Both the position numbers and the translations under genes were made by a program. The notes beneath the pieces are model-generated. The model was not told where the DNA came from, did no database searches, and saw only the letters and a program-made list of their open reading frames with translations. Shown piece by piece: positions 38,752-49,662 of a stretch of DNA of 64,000 bases. Source of the stretch: Alistipes sp. (GTDB lineage Bacteria > Bacteroidota > Bacteroidia > Bacteroidales > Rikenellaceae); the NCBI GenBank assembly GCA_017937805.1, contig JAGBCX010000074.1, positions 20,022 to 84,021 on the forward strand, in the 5' to 3' direction. Position 1 is the stretch's first letter. Every line of letters begins with the position of its first letter.

Positions 38752-38958
38752 ATGGTAGCAAGCCCAAAAGACATTAACCCTAACAACGAGCCTACGGTAA
38801 TATGCCCCGAATGTGGAGTGCCAATTTCCGTAAGCATGGAGCGATGCCCATATTGCGGTATTCGTATGCCTCGCGGTTGCAAGATGTTGGCAATACGCGT
38901 AGCGGTAACCATCGTAGCAATCATCACAGCGATAGTGCTACTTGTCACACTACTGTAG
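38752..38958 (+). CDS. Small zinc-ribbon membrane protein
   Basis: CPECG...CPYCG followed by a C-terminal TM helix. Confidence 0.7.
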   Translation: MVASPKDINPNNEPTVICPECGVPISVSMERCPYCGIRMPRGCKMLAIRVAVTIVAIITAIVLLVTLL

Positions 38959-39008
38959 GGAGCAAATAATTTTCAGCCTTCTCACAAGGCCGTAGACCTC
39001 ATTGCGCC

Positions 39009-39929
39009 TTAGAACTTGTAAAACGCTCGCACGAACAACTCGTCTGCCTTATAACCCGACTGCACGTACGGTGGTTCGGAGTTCATGTGCGAGTAGAGAG
39101 AGTATTTCGAGTCCTTATCTTCAGTCGAAGAGTGATATATCATAATTCCACTCAATGGCACACCTCCGGCAAGTTCCAATTTTGCATTAAAGCTTTTGCG
39201 GAAACGACGATTTGGGGCAGTACGCGAACCTCCCAAAAAGATTGTACCCAAACCCCACACCTCATTTATCGAAGGTAAATACCAACCTTCGCCCTTGGCT
39301 CTACACCACTCAAAAGCGGGGAAGTCGCTCCACGATAGAGCGTTATTGGCGATATATTGCTCCACCGCTTTCATGTTTTCCTTGCCATCATATCTGTTGT
39401 TTGCACCTACCGCAGTGAGTTTTTTTCGATGAAGGGTACACCATTCCTTACAACTCTCATCTAACGACATAATCACTCCATGTTCGCCACCACTATCAAG
39501 GCTCACAACAATACCTTTGACTCCATCTTTCTCGTAAATATCACCTATTGAATATATTTTAACATCTTTTTGAGGCTGTTGTGGAAATACCTCCACCACT
39601 ACACCATTAGGTGGTGGTACAGGTCCATGCCACCTCTCAAGTTTTTCACCCTTAGCGGGTTGTTGTACCTTACTCTTTGACTTCTCCTCAGCAATGGTCT
39701 CGTTAAAGACATCTCTATCGCCCATCGGATACTCGATATATGCAATATCCGACACCGGCAATGTATATACAGGCAACTCCGTACCGTGGCGTACAAATTG
39801 GACCTTTTTCTTTGTGATTTTCAAAATTTTGACACGAATTTTGTCGCCATTGCGTTTAACCAACATATCCTGAGCCAATGCAGAAGTCGAACACAACAAA
39901 GCTACTACCAATACCAAAAAAGTCTTCAT
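39009..39929 (-). CDS. Secreted hypothetical protein (DUF1566-like C-terminal domain)
   Basis: Signal peptide, YSIGDIYEKDGVKGIV, GWYLPSINE and VRAFYKF. Confidence 0.65.
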   Translation of the reverse strand: MKTFLVLVVALLCSTSALAQDMLVKRNGDKIRVKILKITKKKVQFVRHGTELPVYTLPVSDIAYIEYPMGDRDVFNETIAEEKSKSKVQQPAKGEKLERWHGPVPPPNGVVVEVFPQQPQKDVKIYSIGDIYEKDGVKGIVVSLDSGGEHGVIMSLDESCKEWCTLHRKKLTAVGANNRYDGKENMKAVEQYIANNALSWSDFPAFEWCRAKGEGWYLPSINEVWGLGTIFLGGSRTAPNRRFRKSFNAKLELAGGVPLSGIMIYHSSTEDKDSKYSLYSHMNSEPPYVQSGYKADELFVRAFYKF

Positions 39930-40057
39930 ATTATTATCTATTTACATGAATTGTAACGCAAATATAAGAAAAATTTGTATATTTGCGTGCGTAATTATGG
40001 GTTCGAATACTCTTAATTCTCAATTTTTAATTCTTAATTCTTAATTTGCGAAGCATT

Positions 40058-41071
40058 ATGGGATTATTTGATATATTCAAGAAGAAAAAAAACGAGGAGG
40101 TTGCCGAGGTTGCACCCGAGGTGGCGCAGCAGACCGAGCAGACCGAACAAGAGGAGTTGAATACGGGATTGGAAAAGACCAAAGAGGGATTTTTCTCGAA
40201 GTTGCATCGTGCCGTTGCCGGTCGCTCGACCGTTGATGCCGACCTGCTCGATGACTTGGAGGAGGCGCTTATAACCTCCGATGTGGGCGTGGATACTACG
40301 GTGAAGATTATCCGCAAAATCGAGGAGCGTGTAGCTCGCGACAAGTATGTAAATACAGATGAGTTGTACAATATCCTCTACGATGAAATCGCTTCGTTGA
40401 TGGAGGCTGCCGAGGGCAAAGCCGACACTTTTGGACTCGATGTCAAGGAGGGTACACCCTATGTGGTGATGGTTGTCGGCGTAAATGGCGCAGGCAAGAC
40501 CACCACAATCGGAAAGCTCGCAGCGCAACTCACCCGTGCCGGCAAGAAGGTCTATATCGGTGCGGCGGATACCTTCCGTGCTGCGGCTATCGACCAGCTC
40601 GGCGTATGGGCGGAGCGTGCAGGGGCTACGATGATTCGTCAGGATATGGGCTCGGACCCTGCATCGGTGGCGTTCGATACTTTGCGTTCGGCAGTGGCAA
40701 ACAGTGCCGATGTGGTGCTGATTGACACAGCAGGTCGTCTGCACAATAAGATTGGTTTGATGAACGAATTGACCAAGATTAGAAATGTTATGGCGAAGGT
40801 TATCCCTGACGCTCCGCACGAAGTGATGCTTGTGCTTGACGGCTCAACAGGACAAAACGCCTTCGAGCAGGCGCGCCAATTTACTCAGGCTACACAGGTT
40901 ACATCGTTGGCAATCACAAAGTTAGACGGAACGGCAAAGGGTGGTGTCGTGATTGGTATCAGCGATGCATTCAAGGTGCCGGTGCGCTATATCGGCATTG
41001 GCGAGGGTATCGACCAGCTCCGCATCTTCGACCGTCATCAGTTTGTTAAGGCGTTGTTTGGCAGAAAATAG
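40058..41071 (+). CDS. ftsY: SRP receptor FtsY
   Basis: GVNGAGKTTTIGKLA, DTFRAAA, DTAGR and TKLDGTAKGG. Confidence 0.97.
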   Translation: MGLFDIFKKKKNEEVAEVAPEVAQQTEQTEQEELNTGLEKTKEGFFSKLHRAVAGRSTVDADLLDDLEEALITSDVGVDTTVKIIRKIEERVARDKYVNTDELYNILYDEIASLMEAAEGKADTFGLDVKEGTPYVVMVVGVNGAGKTTTIGKLAAQLTRAGKKVYIGAADTFRAAAIDQLGVWAERAGATMIRQDMGSDPASVAFDTLRSAVANSADVVLIDTAGRLHNKIGLMNELTKIRNVMAKVIPDAPHEVMLVLDGSTGQNAFEQARQFTQATQVTSLAITKLDGTAKGGVVIGISDAFKVPVRYIGIGEGIDQLRIFDRHQFVKALFGRK

Positions 41072-41077
41072 TCCACA

Positions 41078-42370
41078 ATGAAGATTGTAAATATCATAAC
41101 GCTCGGTTGCGCCAAAAATCGTGTCGATTCGGAGCATATCGCTGCGCAACTCACGGAGGCGGGCTACGAGATTCGTTTCGATAGCGACCGCACAGATGCA
41201 AAGGTCGTGGTGGTGAATACCTGCGGTTTTATTGGCGATGCGAAGGAGGAGAGTATCGACACTATTCTCAACTGTGTTGAGGCGAAGCGCGCTGGACTTA
41301 TCGAAAAGTTGTTCGTTATCGGCTGTTTGTCGGAGCGATATGCCGACGAGTTGCGTGAGGAGATTCCCGAAGTAGATGAATACTTCGGTGCAAGAACTTT
41401 CGATGGCGTAGTTCGCGCCTTGACGGGCGACTATCACACCGAGGTCGAAACACAGCGCGAACTCTCCACGCCAAAACACTACGCCTACCTTAAAATTGGC
41501 GAGGGGTGCAATTGGCGTTGTGGCTACTGCGCCATTCCGCTAATTCGTGGCAAGCATCGCTCGGTACCTATGGAGCAGGTGTTGGAGGAGGCTCAAAATC
41601 TTGTAGCAAAGGGAGTTAAGGAGATTATGGTGGTGGCGCAAGATACCACCTACTACGGAATGGATTTGTACGGCAAGCGATGCTTGGCGGAGTTGCTCGA
41701 AAAGTTGTGCAAGGTGGAGGGCATCGAGTGGATTCGCCTCCACTACGCCTATCCGACCGACTTTCCGCAAGATGTTATCGAGGTTATGGCGCGCGAGCCG
41801 AAGATTTGTAAATATTTGGATATTCCGTTGCAACACCTCGCGGATAATCAATTGGAGTTGATGCACCGCCGCCACACAAAGGCAGAGGCTCTCGAACTGA
41901 TTGAGCGACTGCGAACGGCAATTCCCGATATCGCCATTCGCACCACGATGTTGGTGGGCTATCCTAACGAGAGTGCCGAGGACTATGAGGAGTTGTGCGA
42001 GGAGGTCAAGCGACTCCGTTTCGACCGCCTTGGCGTTTTCCCATACTCGGAGGAGGAGGGAACTTTCTCGGCTACGAAGTTAAAAGACAATGTTCCACAG
42101 CGCGTAAAAGATTATCGCGCCGAGCATCTTATGGCTATTCAGGCGGAGATTTCGCATGCGAAGAACGAGGAGCGCGTGGGAAATGTTGAGCGAGTAATTA
42201 TTGATGGCAAGTCGGGCGAATACTATATTGGTCGCTCGCAGTACGACTCGCCTGAGGTTGATGAGGAGATTCTGATTTCGAGCTACAAACGCTTGATGAA
42301 GGGCAAATTCTACGATGTAAAGATTACCGATGCAGACGACTTCGATCTGTATGCGGAGGTTACAAAATAA
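41078..42370 (+). CDS. rimO: S12 methylthiotransferase
   Basis: LGCAKNRVDSE, radical SAM CNWRCGYC and a C-terminal TRAM domain with SPEVD. Confidence 0.96.
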   Translation: MKIVNIITLGCAKNRVDSEHIAAQLTEAGYEIRFDSDRTDAKVVVVNTCGFIGDAKEESIDTILNCVEAKRAGLIEKLFVIGCLSERYADELREEIPEVDEYFGARTFDGVVRALTGDYHTEVETQRELSTPKHYAYLKIGEGCNWRCGYCAIPLIRGKHRSVPMEQVLEEAQNLVAKGVKEIMVVAQDTTYYGMDLYGKRCLAELLEKLCKVEGIEWIRLHYAYPTDFPQDVIEVMAREPKICKYLDIPLQHLADNQLELMHRRHTKAEALELIERLRTAIPDIAIRTTMLVGYPNESAEDYEELCEEVKRLRFDRLGVFPYSEEEGTFSATKLKDNVPQRVKDYRAEHLMAIQAEISHAKNEERVGNVERVIIDGKSGEYYIGRSQYDSPEVDEEILISSYKRLMKGKFYDVKITDADDFDLYAEVTK

Positions 42371-42379
42371 GACAAAACA

Positions 42380-43573
42380 ATGACAAAATTTCATCTTAAA
42401 GAGGTCGTAACTCCTCGCGAGGCGAAGGAGTGGTTGCACCTCGACCGAAAAATATATAAGGATTGCCCCTATTGGGTTTGTCCGCTTGATGACGATATCG
42501 AAAAGGTCTTTAATCCCGAGCTCAACCATCTCTTCGAAAGTGGCGAGGCAGTGCGTTGGATAGCCCTCGATGAAACGGGCGAGGCGGTAGGTCGTATCGC
42601 TGCATTCTACAACCGTGAGCAGGCGAAAGTCACCGAGAATATGGGTTGCTGTGGTTTCTTTGAGTCGATTGACAATCAAGAGGTTGCAAACCTACTCTTC
42701 GATGCTGCCCGCGAGTGGCTTTCCGACAGAGGTTTGGAGGGTATGGACGGACCTGTAAACTTTGGTTCGCGCGATTCGTGGTGGGGCTTATTGGTTGAGG
42801 GCTTCGAGTATGAACCACTCTACGGCAACCCTTATCACTTGCCATACTACAAGGCTCTGTTCGAGAACTACGGCTTTCAGAACTACTTTAACCAAAATTC
42901 ATATATCTGGCGTGCCGCCGACTACGAATTGAGCGAAATTGCTCTCGAAAAGGCGCATCGCGTACTCGCCAATCCCGAGTACAAAATCAAGGATATTACG
43001 GGTGCTAACCTCGAAGTGGCAGCCGAGAATCTGCGCACCATATACAACAAGGCGTGGTCGCTATTTACGGGCGTAAAGCAGATGACCGAGGAGGAGGCGC
43101 AGAAGCTGATGCGCACGCTCCGCCCTATTATAGACCCCAATTTGATATACTTTGCCTACCACAATGACGAGCCGATAGGATTCTTCGTTATGGTACCCGA
43201 CCTCAATCGTGTAATTGGCAAGTTCAACGGCAAGTTCGGCTTAGTGGAGAAGTTGCGCCTGATGTGGGATTTGAAGGTGCGCAAGTCGTGCGACCGAGTC
43301 TTTGGACTTATCTTTGGCGTAACACCCGAATTTCAGGGTAAGGGTATCGAGAGTGCAATTATGACGCACATCTTCGAGAACTATATTCGAGCAGGGCATT
43401 GCCCTTACAAGACATTCGAGTTGGCATGGATTGGCGACTTCAACCCTGTGATGAACAGAATGATAGAGCGTTATGTCTGCGCGACAAAGCACAAGATGCA
43501 CACAACCTATCGCTTCCTCTTCGACCGCACGCGCGAGTTCCACCGCTGCCCACGATTGGGATTAAAGAGATAA
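42380..43573 (+). CDS. GNAT-like protein (YghO-like)
   Basis: GRIAAF, GFFESID and FQGKGIES. Confidence 0.7.
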   Translation: MTKFHLKEVVTPREAKEWLHLDRKIYKDCPYWVCPLDDDIEKVFNPELNHLFESGEAVRWIALDETGEAVGRIAAFYNREQAKVTENMGCCGFFESIDNQEVANLLFDAAREWLSDRGLEGMDGPVNFGSRDSWWGLLVEGFEYEPLYGNPYHLPYYKALFENYGFQNYFNQNSYIWRAADYELSEIALEKAHRVLANPEYKIKDITGANLEVAAENLRTIYNKAWSLFTGVKQMTEEEAQKLMRTLRPIIDPNLIYFAYHNDEPIGFFVMVPDLNRVIGKFNGKFGLVEKLRLMWDLKVRKSCDRVFGLIFGVTPEFQGKGIESAIMTHIFENYIRAGHCPYKTFELAWIGDFNPVMNRMIERYVCATKHKMHTTYRFLFDRTREFHRCPRLGLKR

Positions 43574-43644
43574 AAAACACTTCTCCTTTTAATTTTTAAT
43601 TCTTAAATTTGTAAGCAGAAAGAACTTAAAACTACATAACAACT

Positions 43645-44739
43645 ATGAAAACAACCGTATTCACTAAGTATCACATTGCAAATGGTGCCAAGATGGCGGA
43701 GTTTGCCGGATACAATATGCCTATCGAGTTTTCGGGCATCAATGATGAACACATGACCGTACGCAACGGTGCAGGCGTCTTCGATGTGAGCCACATGGGC
43801 GAGATTTGGGTTAAGGGCGAGAATGCCACAGCCCTCTTGCAGCGCATTGGCACAAATGATGTTACAAAACTCTACGATGGCAAGGCACAGTACTCGTGTA
43901 TGCCAAACGGCAAGGGTGGCATCGTTGATGACATCATCATCTACCGCTACTCGGAGCAAAAGTACCTTATCTGCGTAAATGCTGCCAATATCGACAAAGA
44001 TTGGGCGCACATTTTGGATCAGGGTAAGGCTTTCGGCATGCGTGAGGGTGTGGAGTTGGAGAACGCCTCGGACCGCATCTCGCAGTTGGCAATTCAGGGA
44101 CCTCTCGCAATGAAAATCGTGCAGAAGATGTGCGAGGAGGAGGTTGAGAATATGGAGTACTACACCTTCCGTCAGTTGCAGTTGGCAGGTTGCGAGGTTA
44201 TACTCTCGATGACCGGCTACACAGGTTCGGGTGGTTGCGAAATCTACATGCACAACGAGGACGCCGACCATATCTGGGAGGAGTTGTGGAAGGCCGGCGA
44301 GGAGTATGGCTTAAAAAATATCGGCTTGGGCGCACGCGACACGCTCCGCTTGGAGAAGGGATTTTGCCTATATGGCGATGAGATTGACGACACAACTTCG
44401 CCAATCGAGGCTGACTTGGGTTGGATTACCAAGTTTGTTGATGGCAAAGATTTTATCGACCGCGAGTTCCTTGCCGAGCAGAAAGCTAACGGTGTAGAGC
44501 GCAAGTTGGTGGGCTTGAAGATGATTGACCGAGGAATACCACGCCACGAATATAAGGTTGCCGATACGGAGGGCAACGAGATTGGACACATCACCTCAGG
44601 TACGATGTCGCCTTGTTTGAAGGTGGGTATCGGTATGGCGTATGTAAAGAGCGAGTTTGCGAAGGTCGGCACGGTGGTATGCGTGGTTATTCGTGACCGC
44701 CTCTTGAAAGCCGAGGTCGTGAAGTTGCCGTTTGTGTAG
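43645..44739 (+). CDS. gcvT: Glycine cleavage system T protein
   Basis: [16 protein letters not shown] and [11 protein letters not shown]. Confidence 0.97.
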   Translation: MKTTVFTKYHIANGAKMAEFAGYNMPIEFSGINDEHMTVRNGAGVFDVSHMGEIWVKGENATALLQRIGTNDVTKLYDGKAQYSCMPNGKGGIVDDIIIYRYSEQKYLICVNAANIDKDWAHILDQGKAFGMREGVELENASDRISQLAIQGPLAMKIVQKMCEEEVENMEYYTFRQLQLAGCEVILSMTGYTGSGGCEIYMHNEDADHIWEELWKAGEEYGLKNIGLGARDTLRLEKGFCLYGDEIDDTTSPIEADLGWITKFVDGKDFIDREFLAEQKANGVERKLVGLKMIDRGIPRHEYKVADTEGNEIGHITSGTMSPCLKVGIGMAYVKSEFAKVGTVVCVVIRDRLLKAEVVKLPFV

Positions 44740-44767
44740 ATATAAGACAAAGAAGACGAAGAGAGGT

Positions 44768-45523
44768 ATGTCAAACACTCAGATACCCAAAATAATTCAT
44801 TACTGCTGGTTTGGTGGCAATCCGTTGCCACCAACGGCCATCAAATGTATTGAGTCGTGGAAGAAATTTCTTCCCGACTACGAGATTAAAGAGTGGAACG
44901 AGAAGAACTTCGACATAAAAATGACACCTTTTGTCGAGGAGGCCTACTATATGCGGAAGTTCGCCTTTGTAAGCGATTTTGCTCGTTTTTGGGTACTCTA
45001 CAACTACGGAGGTATCTACTTCGATGTCGATGTCGAGGTGTTGAAGCCCATGGACGACATCTTGGCTCGCGGACCTTACATGGGATTAGAGAAGATGGAG
45101 GGTTCGAAGAAGGGGCGTTCGGTGGCAGTTGCTGCGGGATTGGGTATGGCATCGTATCCGAAGTTACCTTTCTTCGGAGAGATTGTAAGATACTATCAAA
45201 AACACCACTTCATATCGTGGAGAGGTAAATTTTCGAGTACGGTTGTTGTGCTTGCGACAAAATTGTTGCAAAAGCATCAAAACATCGACTTGGATAATAT
45301 AACACTGTGTGAAGGCGTTTATATCTATCCGGACGAATACTTTGACCCGATGAATTTTTACACACGAGAGGTTACTATAACCGAGAATACACGAAGCATT
45401 CACCTGTACGCGGCATCGTGGATAGATCCTGCCCCAACAAGTTTTTGGCAGAAGCACTATACTCGCCTCAAGAATTTGGCCATCAGAGGCAAATTAACCC
45501 TTAAAAGAGTTTTCAGGCGATAA
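44768..45523 (+). CDS. Glycosyltransferase family 32 (copy a)
   Basis: IPKIIHYCWFG and GGIYFDVDVE. Confidence 0.9.
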   Translation: MSNTQIPKIIHYCWFGGNPLPPTAIKCIESWKKFLPDYEIKEWNEKNFDIKMTPFVEEAYYMRKFAFVSDFARFWVLYNYGGIYFDVDVEVLKPMDDILARGPYMGLEKMEGSKKGRSVAVAAGLGMASYPKLPFFGEIVRYYQKHHFISWRGKFSSTVVVLATKLLQKHQNIDLDNITLCEGVYIYPDEYFDPMNFYTREVTITENTRSIHLYAASWIDPAPTSFWQKHYTRLKNLAIRGKLTLKRVFRR

Positions 45524-45527
45524 AGTT

Positions 45528-46457
45528 ATGGCGACACAACCACTAATTTCGGTAATCGTACCAATCTATAATGCAGAGGGGTATCTCGAGCGTTGTATGA
45601 AGAGTTTGCTTTCGCAAACCCTCTCCGACATCGAGATAATCTTGGTCGATGATGGCAGTACGGATAATTCGGGTGTAATGTGCGAACGTTACGCCCAACA
45701 AGATGATCGCATCAGCGTCTTCCATCAACCGAATAGCGGTGTAGCAGCAACAAGACAGCGCGGTGTTGACATGGCACAAGGCTTATACTCCATACATGTC
45801 GATCCTGACGATTGGGTTGAGCCAACCATGCTGGAGGAGCTCTACTCCAAAGCAATGGAGAGTGATGCCGACATGGTTATATGCAACTTTGTAGCCGTCT
45901 ATCCGAAGAAGAACAAGCTCTCCATTCAGAAGATTGGAGATGACCTGTCGCCGAAGGCATGCTTGAATAAGTTATTGCAGAACAAAATACATGGCAGTCT
46001 GTGTACCAAGTTGATACGCACAGCGTTATATCGCAAATTCGATATCAGATTTATAGCGGGTTTGAACTATTGTGAGGACTATATCGTATGTGCAAAGATG
46101 TTTATGCAGGATATAAAGATTGCATATCACGACAAGGCACTCTACTACTACGACCAGATCGTAAATAACCATAGTATTACACGCAAATATACTCTCGATA
46201 CATTGCGCCAACGAATGAGATTTGTGAAGGAGCTTCAGAAGGTATTGGAGGGTGTGGAGTGTGTCGGCATCTCGGACACCATCACAAATGTAGCCTTAGA
46301 GTGCTATAAGCACAGGATATTGTCATCTGTTGAGTTCGCCGATACATTTGAGGCATATCGAGATGACTTTATGCGCTCCAACTACAAATACAAATATAGG
46401 ATAGTACTGCGCATGGCCGCATCGGGCTATCAAGCAATAGCAAGAATGATATCATAA
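45528..46457 (+). CDS. Glycosyltransferase family 2 (copy a)
   Basis: ISVIVPIYN, VDDGSTD and HVDPDD. Confidence 0.92.
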   Translation: MATQPLISVIVPIYNAEGYLERCMKSLLSQTLSDIEIILVDDGSTDNSGVMCERYAQQDDRISVFHQPNSGVAATRQRGVDMAQGLYSIHVDPDDWVEPTMLEELYSKAMESDADMVICNFVAVYPKKNKLSIQKIGDDLSPKACLNKLLQNKIHGSLCTKLIRTALYRKFDIRFIAGLNYCEDYIVCAKMFMQDIKIAYHDKALYYYDQIVNNHSITRKYTLDTLRQRMRFVKELQKVLEGVECVGISDTITNVALECYKHRILSSVEFADTFEAYRDDFMRSNYKYKYRIVLRMAASGYQAIARMIS

Positions 46458-46480
46458 CCCACTTATATAAAAATATAAAA

Positions 46481-47677
46481 ATGGCAAATATAGCATTCCT
46501 ACTTCACAAATTCCCAAACGGTGGAATCGAACGCGTTACCATAAACTTAATAAAGCCCTTGGTCGAAAAGTATGGCCATAGAATATTTATATACCTGTAT
46601 GAGCTAAACGAGCAAAATCTGGCAGAGGCGCTCCCTGTAACATATATTCAACTGCCATACGAAACATGGGAGAAGGAGAATAAAGGTTTTTTGGAGCAAA
46701 GCGTGGTAGAGAATAAAATCGACGTTCTCATTTCAACCCAAGTTGCATCTGATATTGTATACAATCTGAAGAAGAAATCGCTTTGTAAATTGGCATTTGT
46801 TTTTCACGGACACCCATTCTACGAGGTAAAAGAGATTTTCTGGTATATTCACAACAAACCTGTCAAACACAAAAGAGCTATCAAGACCGCGTTCAGGTTG
46901 TTCAAGAAGCATGTGCTTACAATTCCGAAATTCCACTTAGGCGTATACCGCCGCAGAATTGTTAAACAATACAAAGATATCTACAAAAATACCGATGCCT
47001 TCGGCACTCTATTCGACGAGTATTCGCAGTTAATCGCTCGTGCAATAGGCGTTAAAGATGTGGCTAACTCCAAATTACACACCCTCCGCAACCCGATAAA
47101 TAAGGCTTTGGATATTCCGATAGACGGACCTCGCGAAAAGAGAGTTATCTATATCGGCAGATTGAGTCGTCGCGACAAGAGAGTTGATCGTCTTTTGATG
47201 GTGTGGAATATTGTACACAAGACACACCCTGATTGGCACCTTTCGATAGTTGGAGATGGTGAGGATAGAGAGAACTTGGAGAAAATAGTTGCCGACTTAA
47301 AACTTCCTCGCGTAGAGTTTTGTGGCTTTACATCGAGCCCGGAGAAGTTTTATGCCAACTCGGAGATTTTGTGTCTTACCTCAGAATTTGAGGGTTGCCC
47401 AATGGTGCTTCTCGAGGCTCAATCCTATGGTTGTGCCACAATGGCATTCGATTGCAGTTATGGCGTTCGCGATATTCTATCTCCAAATTGGGAAAATGGT
47501 GTGTATGTTCCGAATGGCGAGATTGAGGCGTATGCCGAGGCGATGTCCCGCATGATGGACGACGACGAGCTACGCCAAAAGATTCAACGCAATGGCCTAG
47601 AAAATGTAAAGCGATTTTCGGCAGAAGAGAGTGCGCGACAATATGATGCCCTCATACAAAAATTATGTTCTGAGTAG
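46481..47677 (+). CDS. Glycosyltransferase family 4 (copy a)
   Basis: GGIERV, GRL...K and SEFEGCPMVLLEA. Confidence 0.92.
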   Translation: MANIAFLLHKFPNGGIERVTINLIKPLVEKYGHRIFIYLYELNEQNLAEALPVTYIQLPYETWEKENKGFLEQSVVENKIDVLISTQVASDIVYNLKKKSLCKLAFVFHGHPFYEVKEIFWYIHNKPVKHKRAIKTAFRLFKKHVLTIPKFHLGVYRRRIVKQYKDIYKNTDAFGTLFDEYSQLIARAIGVKDVANSKLHTLRNPINKALDIPIDGPREKRVIYIGRLSRRDKRVDRLLMVWNIVHKTHPDWHLSIVGDGEDRENLEKIVADLKLPRVEFCGFTSSPEKFYANSEILCLTSEFEGCPMVLLEAQSYGCATMAFDCSYGVRDILSPNWENGVYVPNGEIEAYAEAMSRMMDDDELRQKIQRNGLENVKRFSAEESARQYDALIQKLCSE

Positions 47678-47715
47678 AAGGTGTAACTTATTTGTATATC
47701 ATAAGCGTATCATTT

Positions 47716-48894
47716 ATGGCAAACATCTCTTTTTTGCTTAATCAATTTCCATCGGGTGGTGTTGAGCGAGTCACGATAAACCTTATTCCTCATCTCGTGG
47801 AGCGAGGACATCGCATTTTCATATTTGTTCATCGGCTCTATAAGCAACATTTAACCGAGGAGCTCCCTGTTACATACATACCGATACCACACGAGCCGTG
47901 GAGAGAAGAGAATGGCGAGGAGATTGAGAAGGCTGTAAAAGAGTATAAAATCGATCTATTTTTTGCTCCGATTGTATCTCCTGAGTACATCTTTAGACTA
48001 AAAAAATCAAATTTGTGTAAAGTATGTTATGTGTCGCACGGCGCACCATTCTACGAACTTAAAGAGAGTGCATACGCCTGTCATCAACAAAGGCAACATA
48101 TACGAAAGCGACTCAAACGCTTCAAGCAGTTTGTAGTTGATAGACTGCATTTAAAATATGGTCTATATAGAAAAGAGCTTGAAGCAAGATACAAAAGACG
48201 ACACGACGAATTAGATGCGTATGGAGTCTTGTACGAAAAATATGGAGAGATTATTGCCGAGAGAATAGGAGTTGACTATACCAATTCCAAGTTTTTTGCT
48301 CTGCCAAATCCGTTTCCACAAATTGAGAATATCGAATTACTAAGCCAGCGCAAAAAACGCATTCTCTATGTCGGACGACTATCCTACGTAGACAAACGAG
48401 TAAATAGGCTACTCAGGGTATGGGAAGTGGTTTATAAGAGGTTTCCAGAGTGGGAACTTACCATTATAGGCGATGGTCCCGAGAAGGAGAGTCTTCAAAA
48501 CTATGTAGAGAAGAATAATCTACCTCGAGTTGAATTCATACCTTTTACGCCTACGCCTGAGTTATACTATAAAACCTCTGAGATCCTCTGTTTAACCTCC
48601 GACTTTGAGGGATTTGGCATGGTGCTACTCGAAGCACAACAATTCGGTTGTGCCACAATGGCATTCGATTGCAGTTATGGCGTTCGCGATATTCTATCTC
48701 CAAATTGGGAAAATGGTGTGTATGTTCCGAATGGCGAGATTAACACATACGCACGAGCACTATCTCGCTTGATGGGAGATGAGACACTACGCCATAAAAT
48801 TCAGCTGAACGGAATTGAAAATGTCAAGCGTTTTTCAATAAAGAGAAGCGTAGAGCAATATGATACTCTGATACGAAAATTATGTTCTAAATAA
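47716..48894 (+). CDS. Glycosyltransferase family 4 (copy b)
   Basis: GGVERV and SDFEGFGMVLLEA. Confidence 0.92.
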   Translation: MANISFLLNQFPSGGVERVTINLIPHLVERGHRIFIFVHRLYKQHLTEELPVTYIPIPHEPWREENGEEIEKAVKEYKIDLFFAPIVSPEYIFRLKKSNLCKVCYVSHGAPFYELKESAYACHQQRQHIRKRLKRFKQFVVDRLHLKYGLYRKELEARYKRRHDELDAYGVLYEKYGEIIAERIGVDYTNSKFFALPNPFPQIENIELLSQRKKRILYVGRLSYVDKRVNRLLRVWEVVYKRFPEWELTIIGDGPEKESLQNYVEKNNLPRVEFIPFTPTPELYYKTSEILCLTSDFEGFGMVLLEAQQFGCATMAFDCSYGVRDILSPNWENGVYVPNGEINTYARALSRLMGDETLRHKIQLNGIENVKRFSIKRSVEQYDTLIRKLCSK

Positions 48895-48904
48895 ATATAC
48901 TATT

Positions 48905-49657
48905 ATGACTACAATACCCAAAGTAATTCACTATTGCTGGTTTGGTCGCAACCCACTCCCCCCATTAGCCGAGAAGTGCATAGCATCGTGGCGAAAATAT
49001 CTCCCCGACTACGAGATTAAGGAGTGGAATGAGGATAATTTTGATGTGAATATTGTAACCTATACATCAGAGGCTTACCATGCAAAGAAGTACGCATTTG
49101 TAAGCGACTATGCTCGTTTTTGGATACTTTATCACCATGGTGGTATCTATTTTGATGTTGATGTTGAGGTCATCAAGCCAATAGACGACATCTTGGAGCG
49201 TGGTCCTTTTGCAGGATTGGAGGATGTTGGAACTCCATTGTGTGGAAAGGTTGCAGGCGTAGCAGCAGGTTTAGGAATGGCATCATATCCGAGATTGCCA
49301 CTTTTCGGTAAAGTTTTAGAGTACTACAACTCGGAACACTTCATCACTCGAAAGGGCAAGTTTAATGAGATGACTGTCGTCTATATTCTCACCTCTCTGT
49401 TATCGGAAAGAACAAATGTAGATGTAGACAACATCTCGATGTCTGATGGCTTATATATCTATCCGCGAGACTATTTCGACCCAATGGTGTTCCAAACCAA
49501 GGAGATTGTATTGACAGAGAACACGCGTTGCATACACCACTATGCCGGTTCGTGGGTAGATCGCAAGCGTCAGAGAGGTATAAAGATGCATTGGAAACGA
49601 TTGAAGAATCGTTTGTTGAGGTTTAGATTAAAATTGCAACGTAAACGTGCTCAATAG
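48905..49657 (+). CDS. Glycosyltransferase family 32 (copy b)
   Basis: IPKVIHYCWFG and GGIYFDVDVE. Confidence 0.9.
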   Translation: MTTIPKVIHYCWFGRNPLPPLAEKCIASWRKYLPDYEIKEWNEDNFDVNIVTYTSEAYHAKKYAFVSDYARFWILYHHGGIYFDVDVEVIKPIDDILERGPFAGLEDVGTPLCGKVAGVAAGLGMASYPRLPLFGKVLEYYNSEHFITRKGKFNEMTVVYILTSLLSERTNVDVDNISMSDGLYIYPRDYFDPMVFQTKEIVLTENTRCIHHYAGSWVDRKRQRGIKMHWKRLKNRLLRFRLKLQRKRAQ

Positions 49658-49662
49658 CGTGT

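Noticed and set aside
43574-43644. Glycine riboswitch upstream of gcvT or gcvP
   Set aside because: Both intergenic regions are short and AT-rich and lack the GGAGA...CAGG aptamer core.
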